64,000 nt of DNA from positions 996 to 64,995 of the forward strand of contig CALMOE010000153.1 in the NCBI GenBank assembly GCA_937871715.1, in the 5' to 3' direction. A model generated the notes under the pieces. It searched no databases and was not told where the DNA came from. It worked only from the letters and a program-made list of their open reading frames with translations. Of the stretch, positions 34,262 to 43,980 are shown one piece after another. The DNA is from an uncultured Geobacter sp. (GTDB lineage: Bacteria > Desulfobacterota > Desulfuromonadia > Geobacterales > DSM-12255). Numbering within the stretch: position 1 is the first letter of the stretch; every line of letters begins with the position of its first letter. A program made the translations under genes and the position numbers.

Positions 34262-35656
34262 TCAGGGGAGCGCCCCGGCGAAAAGAGCCAGTAGCTTGGA
34301 GGGGAAGAGGCCGAGAATGAGGATGCCGGCCGAGGCAATGGCCAGCACGATGGATACCGCGGGATTCAGCGAAGGGAACTCCTCGCCGGTCGGTTCGCGC
34401 ATGAAGAGGACCACCACCACTCGCAGGTAGTAGAAGGCGGATACCGCGGCACAGAGTATGCCGATGACCGCCAGGGTGAGCTCCCCCCCCCTGATGGCGG
34501 CGGCAAAAATGAGGAACTTGCCGGTAAATCCGGCCGTGGGGGGGATGCCGGCCAGGGCGAAGAGAGCCAGGGCAAGGACGGAGGCGGCCATGGGTCTCGA
34601 CCTACCGGCCCCACCAAGCTCGTCCAGGAGCTCACCCCTGCCGGGGCGCTCCATGGCGGCCAGGGCGCCGAAAGCCGCCAGACTGATGATGCCGTAGGCG
34701 ACTGCGTAGTAGGCGGCAGCCCGGTAACCGCCGCTGACGCCGCTGCAGAGGGCCAGGGCCACGTAGCCCATCTGCCCGACCGACGAATAGGCCAGCATCC
34801 TCTTCACCCGGCTCTGCAGCAGTGCTGCCAGGTTGCCAACGACCATGGAGAGGAGGGCAAGCACACCCAATGGCCCTGCCAGGGCGCCACCTTTGCTGGC
34901 CATGGGGAGGAGTATGATTAGGGCGAGGATGGCCGCCCCCTTGGAGCATCCGGAGAGGATGGCGGCCACCGGCGTCGGCGCCCCCTGGTAGACATCCGGG
35001 GTCCAGAGGTGGGCCGGCACCAAGGACATCTTGAAGGCCATTCCGGCGAGAAGCAGCCCCCAGCCGGCCAGCATCAGCGGGGAGCTCCCCCCCCGGGCGA
35101 ATGCCACTGCAGGGTCGAGTGAGCCTCCGGCGGCATAGAAGAGGGAGATGGCGAAGGCGATGAAGGCAGCCGACAGGGCGCCGGGGAGAAGGTACTTGAG
35201 CCCCGCCTCGGCCGAGCTCTCCCGCCCCAGATCCATGGCCACCAGGATGTAGAAGGCGAAGGTCATCGCCTCCAGGCCAAGAAAGAGTACCAGGAGGTTG
35301 CCAGCAGAAGCCAGGGTCACCATGCCGAAAACGGCAAAGAGGATGGTTGCCGGATACTCCTCCCCGCGAAGCCCCCTCGCCTCGTTATATGGGACAGAGA
35401 GTAGCAGAGCCCCGGCTCCGAGCAGGCTGAAAATGGCGCTGAACAGCCTGGCAAGGGGGGTGGCGACGAGGCCGAGTTGGGGCGAAGCAGCCTGTGGGGG
35501 GACCTGCATGGACCAGAGCGCAGTTGCCACCAGGGCTGCGACTGACACCTGGACGGCGGTGCGGCCGGGGAAGATCGCCCCGAGGAGCAGGGCCAGTAGG
35601 GCGCCGGCCGCCGGGATGAGGATGGGGATGAGAATCCAGATATCGGCCACGTTCAT
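34262..35656 (-). CDS. nuoN: NADH-quinone oxidoreductase subunit N
   Basis: 464 aa polytopic antiporter-like subunit. Last gene of the nuo operon, with a 4-nt overlap with nuoM. Confidence 0.95.
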   Translation of the reverse strand: MNVADIWILIPILIPAAGALLALLLGAIFPGRTAVQVSVAALVATALWSMQVPPQAASPQLGLVATPLARLFSAIFSLLGAGALLLSVPYNEARGLRGEEYPATILFAVFGMVTLASAGNLLVLFLGLEAMTFAFYILVAMDLGRESSAEAGLKYLLPGALSAAFIAFAISLFYAAGGSLDPAVAFARGGSSPLMLAGWGLLLAGMAFKMSLVPAHLWTPDVYQGAPTPVAAILSGCSKGAAILALIILLPMASKGGALAGPLGVLALLSMVVGNLAALLQSRVKRMLAYSSVGQMGYVALALCSGVSGGYRAAAYYAVAYGIISLAAFGALAAMERPGRGELLDELGGAGRSRPMAASVLALALFALAGIPPTAGFTGKFLIFAAAIRGGELTLAVIGILCAAVSAFYYLRVVVVLFMREPTGEEFPSLNPAVSIVLAIASAGILILGLFPSKLLALFAGALP

Positions 35657-37134
35657 GGCGTCACCCCCGTGAGTAAGGCCACCGGCAGGTGAAGGAGGTC
35701 GAGGAGCGGCGCCGGGTGAAGACCAAGATATAGGTCGAGAATCGCCAGAAGCGCCAGGACCCCCCCCTCCCGCATGGTGAGGTCAACCAGAGCCAGAGGG
35801 CCCCGCTCCTCCTGGAAGAGGAGTTCCTGCAGCAGGCGGACTGAGTAGACCAGGGGTAGTATCACCCCTATGAAGGCGAGGACCGTCGCCAGGTGGGCAG
35901 CCTTGAAACTTCCGGCGAGAACGAGGAACTCGCCGACGAAGTTGTTCAGCCCCGGCAACCCGGCAGAAGCCATGGCGAAGAAGAGGAAGCAGAAGGATAG
36001 GCGCGGCACCTTCCCCCACAGGCCACCGAAGGCGGCGATCTCCCTGGTGTGGACCCGCTCGTCCAGCATCCCCACCAGGGCGAAGAGGGCCGAGGTGGTA
36101 ACCCCGTGGTTGACCATGACCATCAGGGCGCCGGAGAGGGAGACAGGCGTGGCGGCGGCGATGCCGAGGGCGACGAACCCCATGTGACCGATGCTGGAGT
36201 AGGCCACCATCCGCTTCATGTCCTCCTGGGCGAAAGCGATCCACGAGGCGTAGAGGATGCCGGTTACGCCGAGGAGCATGAGTAGCGGGGTGAAGGCCCG
36301 GGCAGCCTCGGGGAAGATCGGGTTGCCGAAGCGAATCAGGCCGTAGGCGCCGGTCTTGAGGAGGAGGCCGGCCAGAAGGACGCTCCCCGCGGTGGGGGCA
36401 TCGGTGTGGGCATCCGGAAGCCAGGTATGCAGGGGGAAGAGGGGGAACTTGACGGCAAAGGCAAGGAGGAATGCCCCGTATAGCCAGAGACCGGCCCACT
36501 CGGGGACCTGGGTCTTCACCAGTTCGGCCAGGGCGAAGGTAAAGAGCCCGCTCTGGCTGCCGTGGAGGAGGTAGACGCCGATGATCGCCAGGAGCATCAG
36601 CAGGGACCCGGCCAGGGTGAAGAGAAAGAACTTGACCGCCGAGTAGACGCGGCGGCCGTGCCCCCAGATGCCGATGAGGAAGAACATGGGGATGAGCATC
36701 ACCTCCCAGAAGAGGTAGAAGAGGAAGAGGTCGAGGGAGAGGAAGACCCCCATGATCCCCGATTCCATGACGAGGATCAGCAGGTAGTGGAGCGCCGCAC
36801 GATCATTGATCGCCCGCCAGGACACAAGGATAGCCACCAGGGTCACCAGGGAGGTCAGGACCGCCATGAGGAGGCTGATGCCGTCCATCCCCAGGGTGAA
36901 GCGGATGCCGAGCTGCTCTATCCAGGGGAGGTCCAGTTGCAGGAAGAAGCCACCCTCCCCCACCCTGCCAGCCAGGGGGAAGCAGGCAGAGGTCAGCAGC
37001 AGCTCCGCCGTCCCGACTGCCATGGCAATCCACCGGGCAGTCGCCGGCCGCCGCCAGAGCGGCAGGAGCAGCAGCCCGCCGACCATGGGGAGGAAGAGGA
37101 GCAGGGTCAGTATGTGGGGAGTTGCATGGGTCAT
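35653..37134 (-). CDS. nuoM: NADH-quinone oxidoreductase subunit M
   Basis: Start at MTHATPHILTLLLF (ATG 37134). The longer track ORF is an upstream read-through. Antiporter-like family motifs. Confidence 0.95.
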   Translation of the reverse strand: MTHATPHILTLLLFLPMVGGLLLLPLWRRPATARWIAMAVGTAELLLTSACFPLAGRVGEGGFFLQLDLPWIEQLGIRFTLGMDGISLLMAVLTSLVTLVAILVSWRAINDRAALHYLLILVMESGIMGVFLSLDLFLFYLFWEVMLIPMFFLIGIWGHGRRVYSAVKFFLFTLAGSLLMLLAIIGVYLLHGSQSGLFTFALAELVKTQVPEWAGLWLYGAFLLAFAVKFPLFPLHTWLPDAHTDAPTAGSVLLAGLLLKTGAYGLIRFGNPIFPEAARAFTPLLMLLGVTGILYASWIAFAQEDMKRMVAYSSIGHMGFVALGIAAATPVSLSGALMVMVNHGVTTSALFALVGMLDERVHTREIAAFGGLWGKVPRLSFCFLFFAMASAGLPGLNNFVGEFLVLAGSFKAAHLATVLAFIGVILPLVYSVRLLQELLFQEERGPLALVDLTMREGGVLALLAILDLYLGLHPAPLLDLLHLPVALLTGVTP

Positions 37135-37174
37135 GGTCTTTTCATCATCCTGATTTTCCCGGTTAATTACGCTT

Positions 37175-37648
37175 TCAGAGTTTCCGGCTGTCGTATGCCC
37201 AGTGGAGCAGCGCCTGGCGCTGTCGCGGCCGGCAGCTCCATACCCCAGTGGGGCAGTTCTTCTGCAGCTGGGCAATGTGCCGGCGCACAGCAATCCAGCG
37301 CCTAATCTGGCGCTGGTCGTCGGCACAGCGGCGCCCCATGTGGTAGCGGCAGTACCACTGGAACCACCCCCTCGGATCCTCGTGGTAGATCCACCCCCTG
37401 GCACGCCAGTAGGAGAGGGGCTTGGAGGCATTCACCCCGAAGAAGTTGAGCTCGGCCAGATGACGCTCGTGGCAGAGCCTGGCGTTCTCGAACCAGTCGG
37501 CAGGGAACTCCTCCCGGCAATCGGTCATGTACTTGCCGCCGAACACCCCCATGCTCAAGAGCTCCCCTGGGGTGAGTTGGGGCCTGAACTCCGGGTGGAA
37601 GTTCTCCCCCATCGGTTCGGACAGGGTGTAACTGTACCCCTGCTGCAT
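37175..37648 (-). CDS. Hypothetical 157-aa soluble Cys/Trp-rich protein inserted between nuoL and nuoM
   Basis: Start at MQQGYSYTLSEP (ATG 37648). Motif DPRGWFQWYCRYHMGRRCADDQRQIRRW. 6 Cys, no signal peptide or TM helix. Gaps of 38-40 nt to both nuo neighbours. Confidence 0.7.
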   Translation of the reverse strand: MQQGYSYTLSEPMGENFHPEFRPQLTPGELLSMGVFGGKYMTDCREEFPADWFENARLCHERHLAELNFFGVNASKPLSYWRARGWIYHEDPRGWFQWYCRYHMGRRCADDQRQIRRWIAVRRHIAQLQKNCPTGVWSCRPRQRQALLHWAYDSRKL

Positions 37649-37686
37649 CAGGTCATTTACCACCACAACTCTCGGCCGCTCCACGG

Positions 37687-39564
37687 CTACCCCCCTCCTG
37701 CGCCTGCCATCGCCAGCCACCCCATGAGGATGGCGGCCGCCATGGCCAGGAAGATAAGGTAGAGCGACACCCGGCCGCTGCTCCACCTCCCCAGCTGGAC
37801 TCCCCCCCTCCCCAGCCACTCGGCCATCCGGTCGAGGGAGTCATCGATCATCCCGGCGTCGACCCGCTGCCAGAGGAAGGCCGAGAGGCGGACGAAGGGG
37901 CGGACGAAGAGAAAGGCGTAGAGTCGGTCCACGTACCAGCCGCCGAGAAGGAAGGCTGACAGGCCCATTGCAGGCTGCTCTGCTTCGGCAATACGCACGG
38001 TCCGGTTCTCCCCGCTGTAGCGCCGCCATGCCAGGAGAATGCCGGCGATGGCCGTCACCGCCGCAACCCCCTGCAGGAGGAGTTCGGTGGAGGCCGAAGC
38101 ATGCTCGACCCTGACCCCGCCGGAGGCGAGGAAGCCGCCGATGAGCCCCTCCCCCAGGTAGTGGGGGAGATTGAGCAGACCGCCAGCGAGGCCGAGGAGC
38201 GCCAGGGGGACCAGGGGGATGATCATCAGTCTATGCAGGGGGTGGGGTACCGGACCGTGGCCGCCGAAAACCAGGAAAATCATGCGGAAAGTGTAGTAGG
38301 CGGTGAGGAAGGCGGTGGCCAGTCCGAGAAGGTAGAGGCATGGGTATAGCCCCCCTCCCCTCTCCCATACCGCGCCGAGAATGGCATCCTTGCTGAAGAA
38401 TCCGCCGCTGAAGGGGAAGCCGGCCAGGCATAGCCCTCCGGCCAGGAAGAGGCGGTGAACCGATGGCAGTGAACGGGAGAGCCCCCCCATGCGGTAGATA
38501 TCCTGCTCGTGGTGCATGGCGGTTATTACGCAGCCTGCGGCGAGGAAAAGAAGCGCCTTGAAAAAGGCGTGGACTATGAGGTGGAAGGTGGCAGCTACCA
38601 CCGCCCCTGCTCCGACGCCCAGCATCATGAAACCGATTTGGCTGATGGTCGAGTAGGCCAGCACCCGTTTCAGGTCTCGCTGGGCAACGGCGCAGCTGGC
38701 GCCGTAGAAGGCGCTAAGGGCGCCGGTGACGGCTATTGCCCCCATAACCTGCGGCGACAGGGAGACCAGGGGGAAGAGGCGCATGAGGAGGTAGACCCCG
38801 GCGGTCACCATGGTGGCGGCGTGAATCATGGCAGAGACCGGCGTGGGGCCGGCCATGGCATCGGGGAGCCAGACCATGAGGGGGAGCTGGGCCGACTTCC
38901 CCATGGCGCCGACAAGGAGAAGCAGGCCGATGGGGGTGATTACCATGAGAGGCATGAGGAAGGCCGAATCGTTGATGACGGTTATGGAGGTAGTGCTGAA
39001 CAGCTCGTAGAGCCAGATTATGGCCACCCCCAGGCCGACGTCGCCGATGCGGGTGACGATGAACGCCTTGCGGGCGGCCGTGGCATTTCTCTCATCCCGG
39101 TACCAGTAGCCGATGAGGCCGTAGGAGCAGAAACCGACCCCCTCCCACCCCATGTAGAGCAGGGGCAGGTTCTCCGCCAGGAGAAGAAGGAGCATGGCGG
39201 CTACGAACAGGTTGAGCAGGGCGAAGTAGCGGACATGGCCCGGCTCCCTGGCCATGTAGGGGACGCTGTAGAGATGGATCAGGCCGCAGACGAAGGTGAC
39301 CATCAGCACCAGGGAGAGGGAGATGGGGTCCAGGCGCAGGGTCATGGGGGCCACAAGGTCGAAGTCCATCAACCAGGTGGCCACGTTGACCGTTAGCGGC
39401 GAGGAGTAGGCAGCGGCAGCGGCAATTGTGGCGGCGCAGCTCCCCCAGACGGCGGCGCAGGCCATGGTCTCGCTCCACCTGCGGGGTAGCTGCCGGCCGG
39501 CCAGGAGGTTGGCCACCGCCCCGGCTAAAGGGAGGAGAATTATCAGTTCGATGAGAATCTTCAT
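37687..39564 (-). CDS. nuoL: NADH-quinone oxidoreductase subunit L
   Basis: 625 aa antiporter-like subunit with a C-terminal lateral-helix region. Confidence 0.95.
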   Translation of the reverse strand: MKILIELIILLPLAGAVANLLAGRQLPRRWSETMACAAVWGSCAATIAAAAAYSSPLTVNVATWLMDFDLVAPMTLRLDPISLSLVLMVTFVCGLIHLYSVPYMAREPGHVRYFALLNLFVAAMLLLLLAENLPLLYMGWEGVGFCSYGLIGYWYRDERNATAARKAFIVTRIGDVGLGVAIIWLYELFSTTSITVINDSAFLMPLMVITPIGLLLLVGAMGKSAQLPLMVWLPDAMAGPTPVSAMIHAATMVTAGVYLLMRLFPLVSLSPQVMGAIAVTGALSAFYGASCAVAQRDLKRVLAYSTISQIGFMMLGVGAGAVVAATFHLIVHAFFKALLFLAAGCVITAMHHEQDIYRMGGLSRSLPSVHRLFLAGGLCLAGFPFSGGFFSKDAILGAVWERGGGLYPCLYLLGLATAFLTAYYTFRMIFLVFGGHGPVPHPLHRLMIIPLVPLALLGLAGGLLNLPHYLGEGLIGGFLASGGVRVEHASASTELLLQGVAAVTAIAGILLAWRRYSGENRTVRIAEAEQPAMGLSAFLLGGWYVDRLYAFLFVRPFVRLSAFLWQRVDAGMIDDSLDRMAEWLGRGGVQLGRWSSGRVSLYLIFLAMAAAILMGWLAMAGAGGG

Positions 39565-39872
39565 GGCTCACCAAGCTCCCTGAACTCGTCCACGTCGACT
39601 GTGCTGCGCCTCCTGTGAAGGTAGACCACCAGGGCCAGGGCGAGGGAGACCTCCGCCGAGGTCATTGCCATGATCATCAGGGCGAAGAGCTGGCCGTCCA
39701 AACCGCCCCAGCGGGCCGAGCCGGCGACGAAGACGAGCATGGCAGAATTGAGCATGATCTCCATGCCGATCAGGAGCATGATGATATTGCTCCGCCAGGC
39801 AAGGACGCAGACCAGTCCTAGGGAGAAGATGATCCCGGCGAGGGCGATGACGTGCTCGAAGGGGACGATCAT
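39561..39872 (-). CDS. nuoK: NADH-quinone oxidoreductase subunit K
   Basis: 103 aa, 3 TM helices. LIGMEIMLNSAMLVFV is typical. Confidence 0.95.
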   Translation of the reverse strand: MIVPFEHVIALAGIIFSLGLVCVLAWRSNIIMLLIGMEIMLNSAMLVFVAGSARWGGLDGQLFALMIMAMTSAEVSLALALVVYLHRRRSTVDVDEFRELGEP

Positions 39873-40351
39873 CGACGCCTCCCCAGGTAGAGGGCGCCGA
39901 CCACGGCGAAGAGGAGCTGCAGGGAGATGACCTCGATGGCCACGCCGTAGCGGCTGAAGAGAGTAACGGCGAACTCTTTCACCCCAGGCAGCATGGCGGG
40001 AAGCTTATCTCCGGCAAAGCCGGCCGCGGCGTACGATATGGTTGCCAGGACAGTGGCGCCGAGGAGCAGCGCAGGCAACCACTGCCCCAGCGCCGGCCTC
40101 CCCCCTCTTTCGGGATGCCCCAGGTCGAGCATCATGATGACGAACATAAAGAGGACCATGACCGCGCCGGCGTAGATGATCACCTCGAACATGGCCACCA
40201 GCGGGGCGAGGAGGAGGTAGAAGATCCCCGCCAGGGCGAAGAAGGAGGTGACCAGGTAGACGATGGCGTGCACCGGATGCCTGCCGGTGATCGCCAGGAT
40301 GGTGGCAATCACCATGACCGTGGCCAAGATGTAGAAGAGAGTAGCTGCCAT
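39869..40351 (-). CDS. nuoJ: NADH-quinone oxidoreductase subunit J
   Basis: Start at MAATLFYILATVMV (ATG 40351). 160 aa. Confidence 0.9.
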   Translation of the reverse strand: MAATLFYILATVMVIATILAITGRHPVHAIVYLVTSFFALAGIFYLLLAPLVAMFEVIIYAGAVMVLFMFVIMMLDLGHPERGGRPALGQWLPALLLGATVLATISYAAAGFAGDKLPAMLPGVKEFAVTLFSRYGVAIEVISLQLLFAVVGALYLGRRR

Positions 40352-40391
40352 GTTTCTCCTGAATTTTAGCTCCGTTACCCCATGCCTCGTG

Positions 40392-40925
40392 TCAAGGCAT
40401 GAGTCCTCGCACATCCACTGTGGGCTTTTCCCCTTCCCCTTCCCCCCTTGGCTGGGTCACGCCGATGCCGGCGTGACGGTAGAAATTGTACTCAGGATCC
40501 TTGCCGCAGTGCTCCACCAGGAGATCCTCCTTCTCGAAGACCAGATCCATGACGTCCCGCCTGCAGATCTCGTAGTCGGGGGTCATCTGGATCGCCATGG
40601 TGGGGCAGGCCTCGGCGCAGAATCCGCAGAAGATGCAGCGGGAGAAGTTGATGCGAAACCACGCGGCCCGGCGCCTCCCCCCCTCGCCCTCCTCAGCCTG
40701 CATGGAGATGCAGTCCACCGGGCAGGCGGCCGAGCAGAGGTAGCAGGCGACGCAGCGCTCCCCCCCGTCCGGATCGCGGGTTAGGATGATCCTCGCCCTG
40801 TAGCGGGGGGATGGAATGCGCTTCTCCTCCGGGTACTGAATGGTCACCGGCCGGCGCAGGATATGCTTCCAGGTGGTCCAGAGGCCGGTGAGGATTGCCG
40901 TCATGTCGTCAATAACTCTCATCAT
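40392..40925 (-). CDS. nuoI: NADH-quinone oxidoreductase subunit I (2x[4Fe-4S])
   Basis: CVACYLCSAACP and CIFCGFCAEACP ferredoxin motifs. Start at MMRVIDD. Confidence 0.95.
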   Translation of the reverse strand: MMRVIDDMTAILTGLWTTWKHILRRPVTIQYPEEKRIPSPRYRARIILTRDPDGGERCVACYLCSAACPVDCISMQAEEGEGGRRRAAWFRINFSRCIFCGFCAEACPTMAIQMTPDYEICRRDVMDLVFEKEDLLVEHCGKDPEYNFYRHAGIGVTQPRGEGEGEKPTVDVRGLMP

Positions 40926-40930
40926 TATTC

Positions 40931-41016
40931 CTTCCCCCTTTAACAAAGGGGGATTGAGGGGGATTTGCTTTTATGCCAGGGTAAATCCCCCCTGCCCCCC
41001 TTTTTCAAAGGGGGGA
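40931..41016. repeat. Triple-hairpin G-run/C-run element between nuoH and nuoI
   Basis: cccccttt-aac-aaaggggg (40934-40952); gggggattt-N16-aaatccccc (40958-40991); ccccccttt-ttc-aaagggggg (40995-41015). The last hairpin covers the final codons and stop of nuoH. Confidence 0.55.
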
Positions 41017-42024
41017 GCTTCCTGCAAGGTAGAGCCACCAGGCGGTGGCCAGAATGTTCACCAGGGCCATGGGGGTCAGCACCTTCCACCCCAGGTGCAT
41101 CAACTGGTCGTAGCGCAGGCGGGGCAGGGTGCCTCGGATCCAGATGAAGAGGAAGGCGAAGGCCAGCACCTTCCCCCAGAACCAGAGCAGACCGGGGAGG
41201 AGCGGCCCTTGCCAGCCACCGAGAAAGAAGGTGGCCGCCAAGCCGCCGAGGACCAGGATATTGATGTACTCCCCAACGAAGAACAGACCGAAGCGCATCC
41301 CCGAATACTCGGTGTGGAAGCCGGCCACCAGCTCCCCCTCCGCCTCGGGGAGGTCGAAGGGGATCCGCTTGCACTCAGCCAGGATGCTCACTAGAAAGAT
41401 GGCGAAGGCCATGGGCTGGTAGAGGATGAACCACCCCCCTTCCTGGGCGGCGACTATGTCGGAGAGGCGGAAGGAGCGGGCCAGCATGACCGTCGGCACG
41501 AGGGAGAGCCCCATGGATAGCTCGTAGGAGATGAGCTGGGCCAGGCCGCGCAGGCTCCCCAGCAGGGCGTACTTGGAGTTGGAGGCCCACCCCCCCAGGG
41601 CGACACCGTAGACGGCGATGGAGGAGAGGGCCATGAAGAGGAGCAGCCCCACGTGCAGATCGGCCACCTGCATGGGGAGATCGCGGCCGAAGATGCGAAC
41701 GGGCGCGCCGAAGGGGACTATGGCGAAGGTCATGATGGCCGGGATGGCTGCCATTGCCGGCGCCAGGAAGAAGAGCCACCGGTCCCCGGCAGGGGGGCAG
41801 AAATCCTCCTTGGTGAGGAGCTTGATCAGGTCGGCAAGGGGCTGGAGCAGGCCGAAGGGTCCGACCCGGTTGGGCCCCTTGCGGTCCTGGATCCAGGCAA
41901 GAATCCGCCGCTCGGCGAATACCAGGTAGGCGGCCAGGGTGAGGATGACAAGCAGTACCAGGCCGATCTTGGCTATGACCAGGGTTATCTCCATGGGATC
42001 AGGAATCACGTCTGCACCTGCCAC
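41005..42024 (-). CDS. nuoH: NADH-quinone oxidoreductase subunit H
   Basis: GTG start with SD ggagg 7 nt upstream. ERRILAWIQDRKGPNRVGPFGLLQPLAD is the NuoH signature. Confidence 0.95.
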   Translation of the reverse strand: MAGADVIPDPMEITLVIAKIGLVLLVILTLAAYLVFAERRILAWIQDRKGPNRVGPFGLLQPLADLIKLLTKEDFCPPAGDRWLFFLAPAMAAIPAIMTFAIVPFGAPVRIFGRDLPMQVADLHVGLLLFMALSSIAVYGVALGGWASNSKYALLGSLRGLAQLISYELSMGLSLVPTVMLARSFRLSDIVAAQEGGWFILYQPMAFAIFLVSILAECKRIPFDLPEAEGELVAGFHTEYSGMRFGLFFVGEYINILVLGGLAATFFLGGWQGPLLPGLLWFWGKVLAFAFLFIWIRGTLPRLRYDQLMHLGWKVLTPMALVNILATAWWLYLAGSSPL

Positions 42025-43915
42025 GTATTACCTCCCCCTCCCCTTCAGGATCGAGTGAGGTCAGGTTAGCCCAGGAACCGGAGAAGGGCCCGTCCGGCAC
42101 CTTCTCCCCGGCGAGGCGGATCATCTCGATCATCACCTGCCAGGAAGGGAGGATATCTCCGCCGGGAGGATCGCCCTGGTGAATCCTCGGCGGATGACAG
42201 GCCGGATCCAGCTCTTTTATGGGGAGGCCCGGCTTCATCACCCTGGAGAAACGCTGGGCCCGCCCTTCGAAGTTTACATAGGTTCCGTCGCACTCCACCC
42301 AGGCCGCAGTGGGGATGACGACGGAAGCCGCCTGCACGGCCGCCGTCTCCCTCCAGTCGAGTGAAGCCACGAACGGGACGCCGGCAAGGAGCTCAGCCGG
42401 GATGTCTGCCTCCACGGCCACCAGACCCTTCACCTTCCCTTTCGCCAGGGCCTCCTCCAGAGGGATACCGCCATGCTCGGCACAGAGGAGCGCAGCCCCG
42501 TGGCCGTTGGGTCCGGGGAAGAGGCAGGCAACCCTGGCCCCGCTCCGGTCGAGCACGGCCATGACCCGCGGGTCGCCGTGGCGCATGCCGGCTATCACCA
42601 CCGGCCTTTCGAATATTGCCAGGGGGGCCTCTTCCATGTAGTGCAGCTGCACCGCCTCGATACCCACGCCCCTTACCTGCTCCAGGGGGGAATTCTCCCC
42701 GACCAGCAGGACCGGTGCCCCGCGGCGCCATGCCTGGCGAACCGCCAGGAGGAGCATCGGCCCCTCCTCCCTCAGGTCGCTCTCGTAGATGGCGATGCAG
42801 TCCGCATTCTCCACGTCGGCAATGGAGGCGCCGTTCTCAAGGGTCAGCATGGAGATTGCCCCGCTGGATGCCCGGCTCTCCGCGGCGGAGAGGCCGTAGC
42901 TGAGAGCCCCGGCAGAGATACTTTCCGCCAGCAGGGGGAGGAGAGTGGCCCCCTCCTGGGATAGGCGGGTCGAGCCGACCACGGCAATGCTCCCCTCGCC
43001 GTAGAGCTCCGCCACCTCACCAAGACGACGCAGCAGGGCATCCATGGCCTCCTCCCGGCCGGTTTTCACCCCGTCGACCAAGGAGGTGCGCGGCCTGGAC
43101 GGGGCGTTCACCCCCTTGGGTGCGAAGCGGCCACGATCGCAGATGAACCAGCCGTTCACCATGTCGTTTCGCCTGGCCACGATCTTCAGAAGCTCCCGGT
43201 AGCGGGCCACCGGGGTTATGTTGCACCCAACTGAGCAGCCGGGGCAGACCGACGGCGCCATGTCGTAGTCCCAGTAGCGGGCGCGGAAGCGGGCGGTCTT
43301 GTCGGTGAACACCCCGGTGGGGCAGATGTCCACCAGGTTGCCGCTAAAGGGGGATTCCAGCTGACCGCTTTCGAAACGGCCGTAGTAAACCTTCCCGGCG
43401 CTACCCATGACCCCGAAGTCGCTCCCCCCGGCATACTCCTGGTAGAAGCGGACGCAGCGATAGCACTGGATGCAGCGGTTCATCTCGTGGGAGATATACG
43501 GACCCAGCTCCTGGTTGACATGGGTCCGTTTCGGCCCGACGAAACGGCGAGTGCCGTGGCCGCAGGCTATGGTGAAGTCCTGCAGCTGGCACTCCCCCCC
43601 CTCGTCGCACACCGGGCAGTCGTGGGGGTGGTTGATCATCAGCCACTCGATCACCTGGCGGCGCAGGGCAACAGCCTCCGGGTCGGTGGTGGAGACCACC
43701 ATCCCCTCCTGCGCCGGCAGCATGCAGGACATCTGGATCCCCTTAACCGGGCCGTCCAGGAGCTTCACGGCACAGACGCGGCAGGCACCGGCCCTCCCCA
43801 GGGCAGGGTGCCAGCAGAAGTGGGGGATGGTGATGCCGACGGACTTAGCCGCCTCCAGCACCGATACCCCTTCCGCGGCTTCAACCGCTATGTCGTCTAT
43901 AATCAGTTTGGGCAT
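41999..43915 (-). CDS. nuoG: NADH-quinone oxidoreductase subunit G (short, 638 aa form)
   Basis: N-terminal 2Fe-2S (CRVCAV), the HxxxCxxC...C cluster (HPHDCPVCDEGGEC), 4Fe-4S (CIQCYRCVRF), then a molybdopterin-like domain. Confidence 0.9.
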   Translation of the reverse strand: MPKLIIDDIAVEAAEGVSVLEAAKSVGITIPHFCWHPALGRAGACRVCAVKLLDGPVKGIQMSCMLPAQEGMVVSTTDPEAVALRRQVIEWLMINHPHDCPVCDEGGECQLQDFTIACGHGTRRFVGPKRTHVNQELGPYISHEMNRCIQCYRCVRFYQEYAGGSDFGVMGSAGKVYYGRFESGQLESPFSGNLVDICPTGVFTDKTARFRARYWDYDMAPSVCPGCSVGCNITPVARYRELLKIVARRNDMVNGWFICDRGRFAPKGVNAPSRPRTSLVDGVKTGREEAMDALLRRLGEVAELYGEGSIAVVGSTRLSQEGATLLPLLAESISAGALSYGLSAAESRASSGAISMLTLENGASIADVENADCIAIYESDLREEGPMLLLAVRQAWRRGAPVLLVGENSPLEQVRGVGIEAVQLHYMEEAPLAIFERPVVIAGMRHGDPRVMAVLDRSGARVACLFPGPNGHGAALLCAEHGGIPLEEALAKGKVKGLVAVEADIPAELLAGVPFVASLDWRETAAVQAASVVIPTAAWVECDGTYVNFEGRAQRFSRVMKPGLPIKELDPACHPPRIHQGDPPGGDILPSWQVMIEMIRLAGEKVPDGPFSGSWANLTSLDPEGEGEVIRGRCRRDS

Positions 43916-43980
43916 TTATGAGCCTTGTTGAGATTATGTCCCATCCCCCCCCTTGCAGTAAAAGGTCAGGGAGAGGTGGA

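Noticed and set aside
35653-37431. The 592-aa version of nuoM, the 214-aa version of the nuoL-nuoM insert (37175-37819) and the 99-aa version of the micropeptide frame (46160-46459)
   Set aside because: The N-terminal extensions are Gly/Arg/Pro-rich read-through of upstream genes in other frames. Internal ATGs give products that begin like their families or fill the true intergenic gaps.
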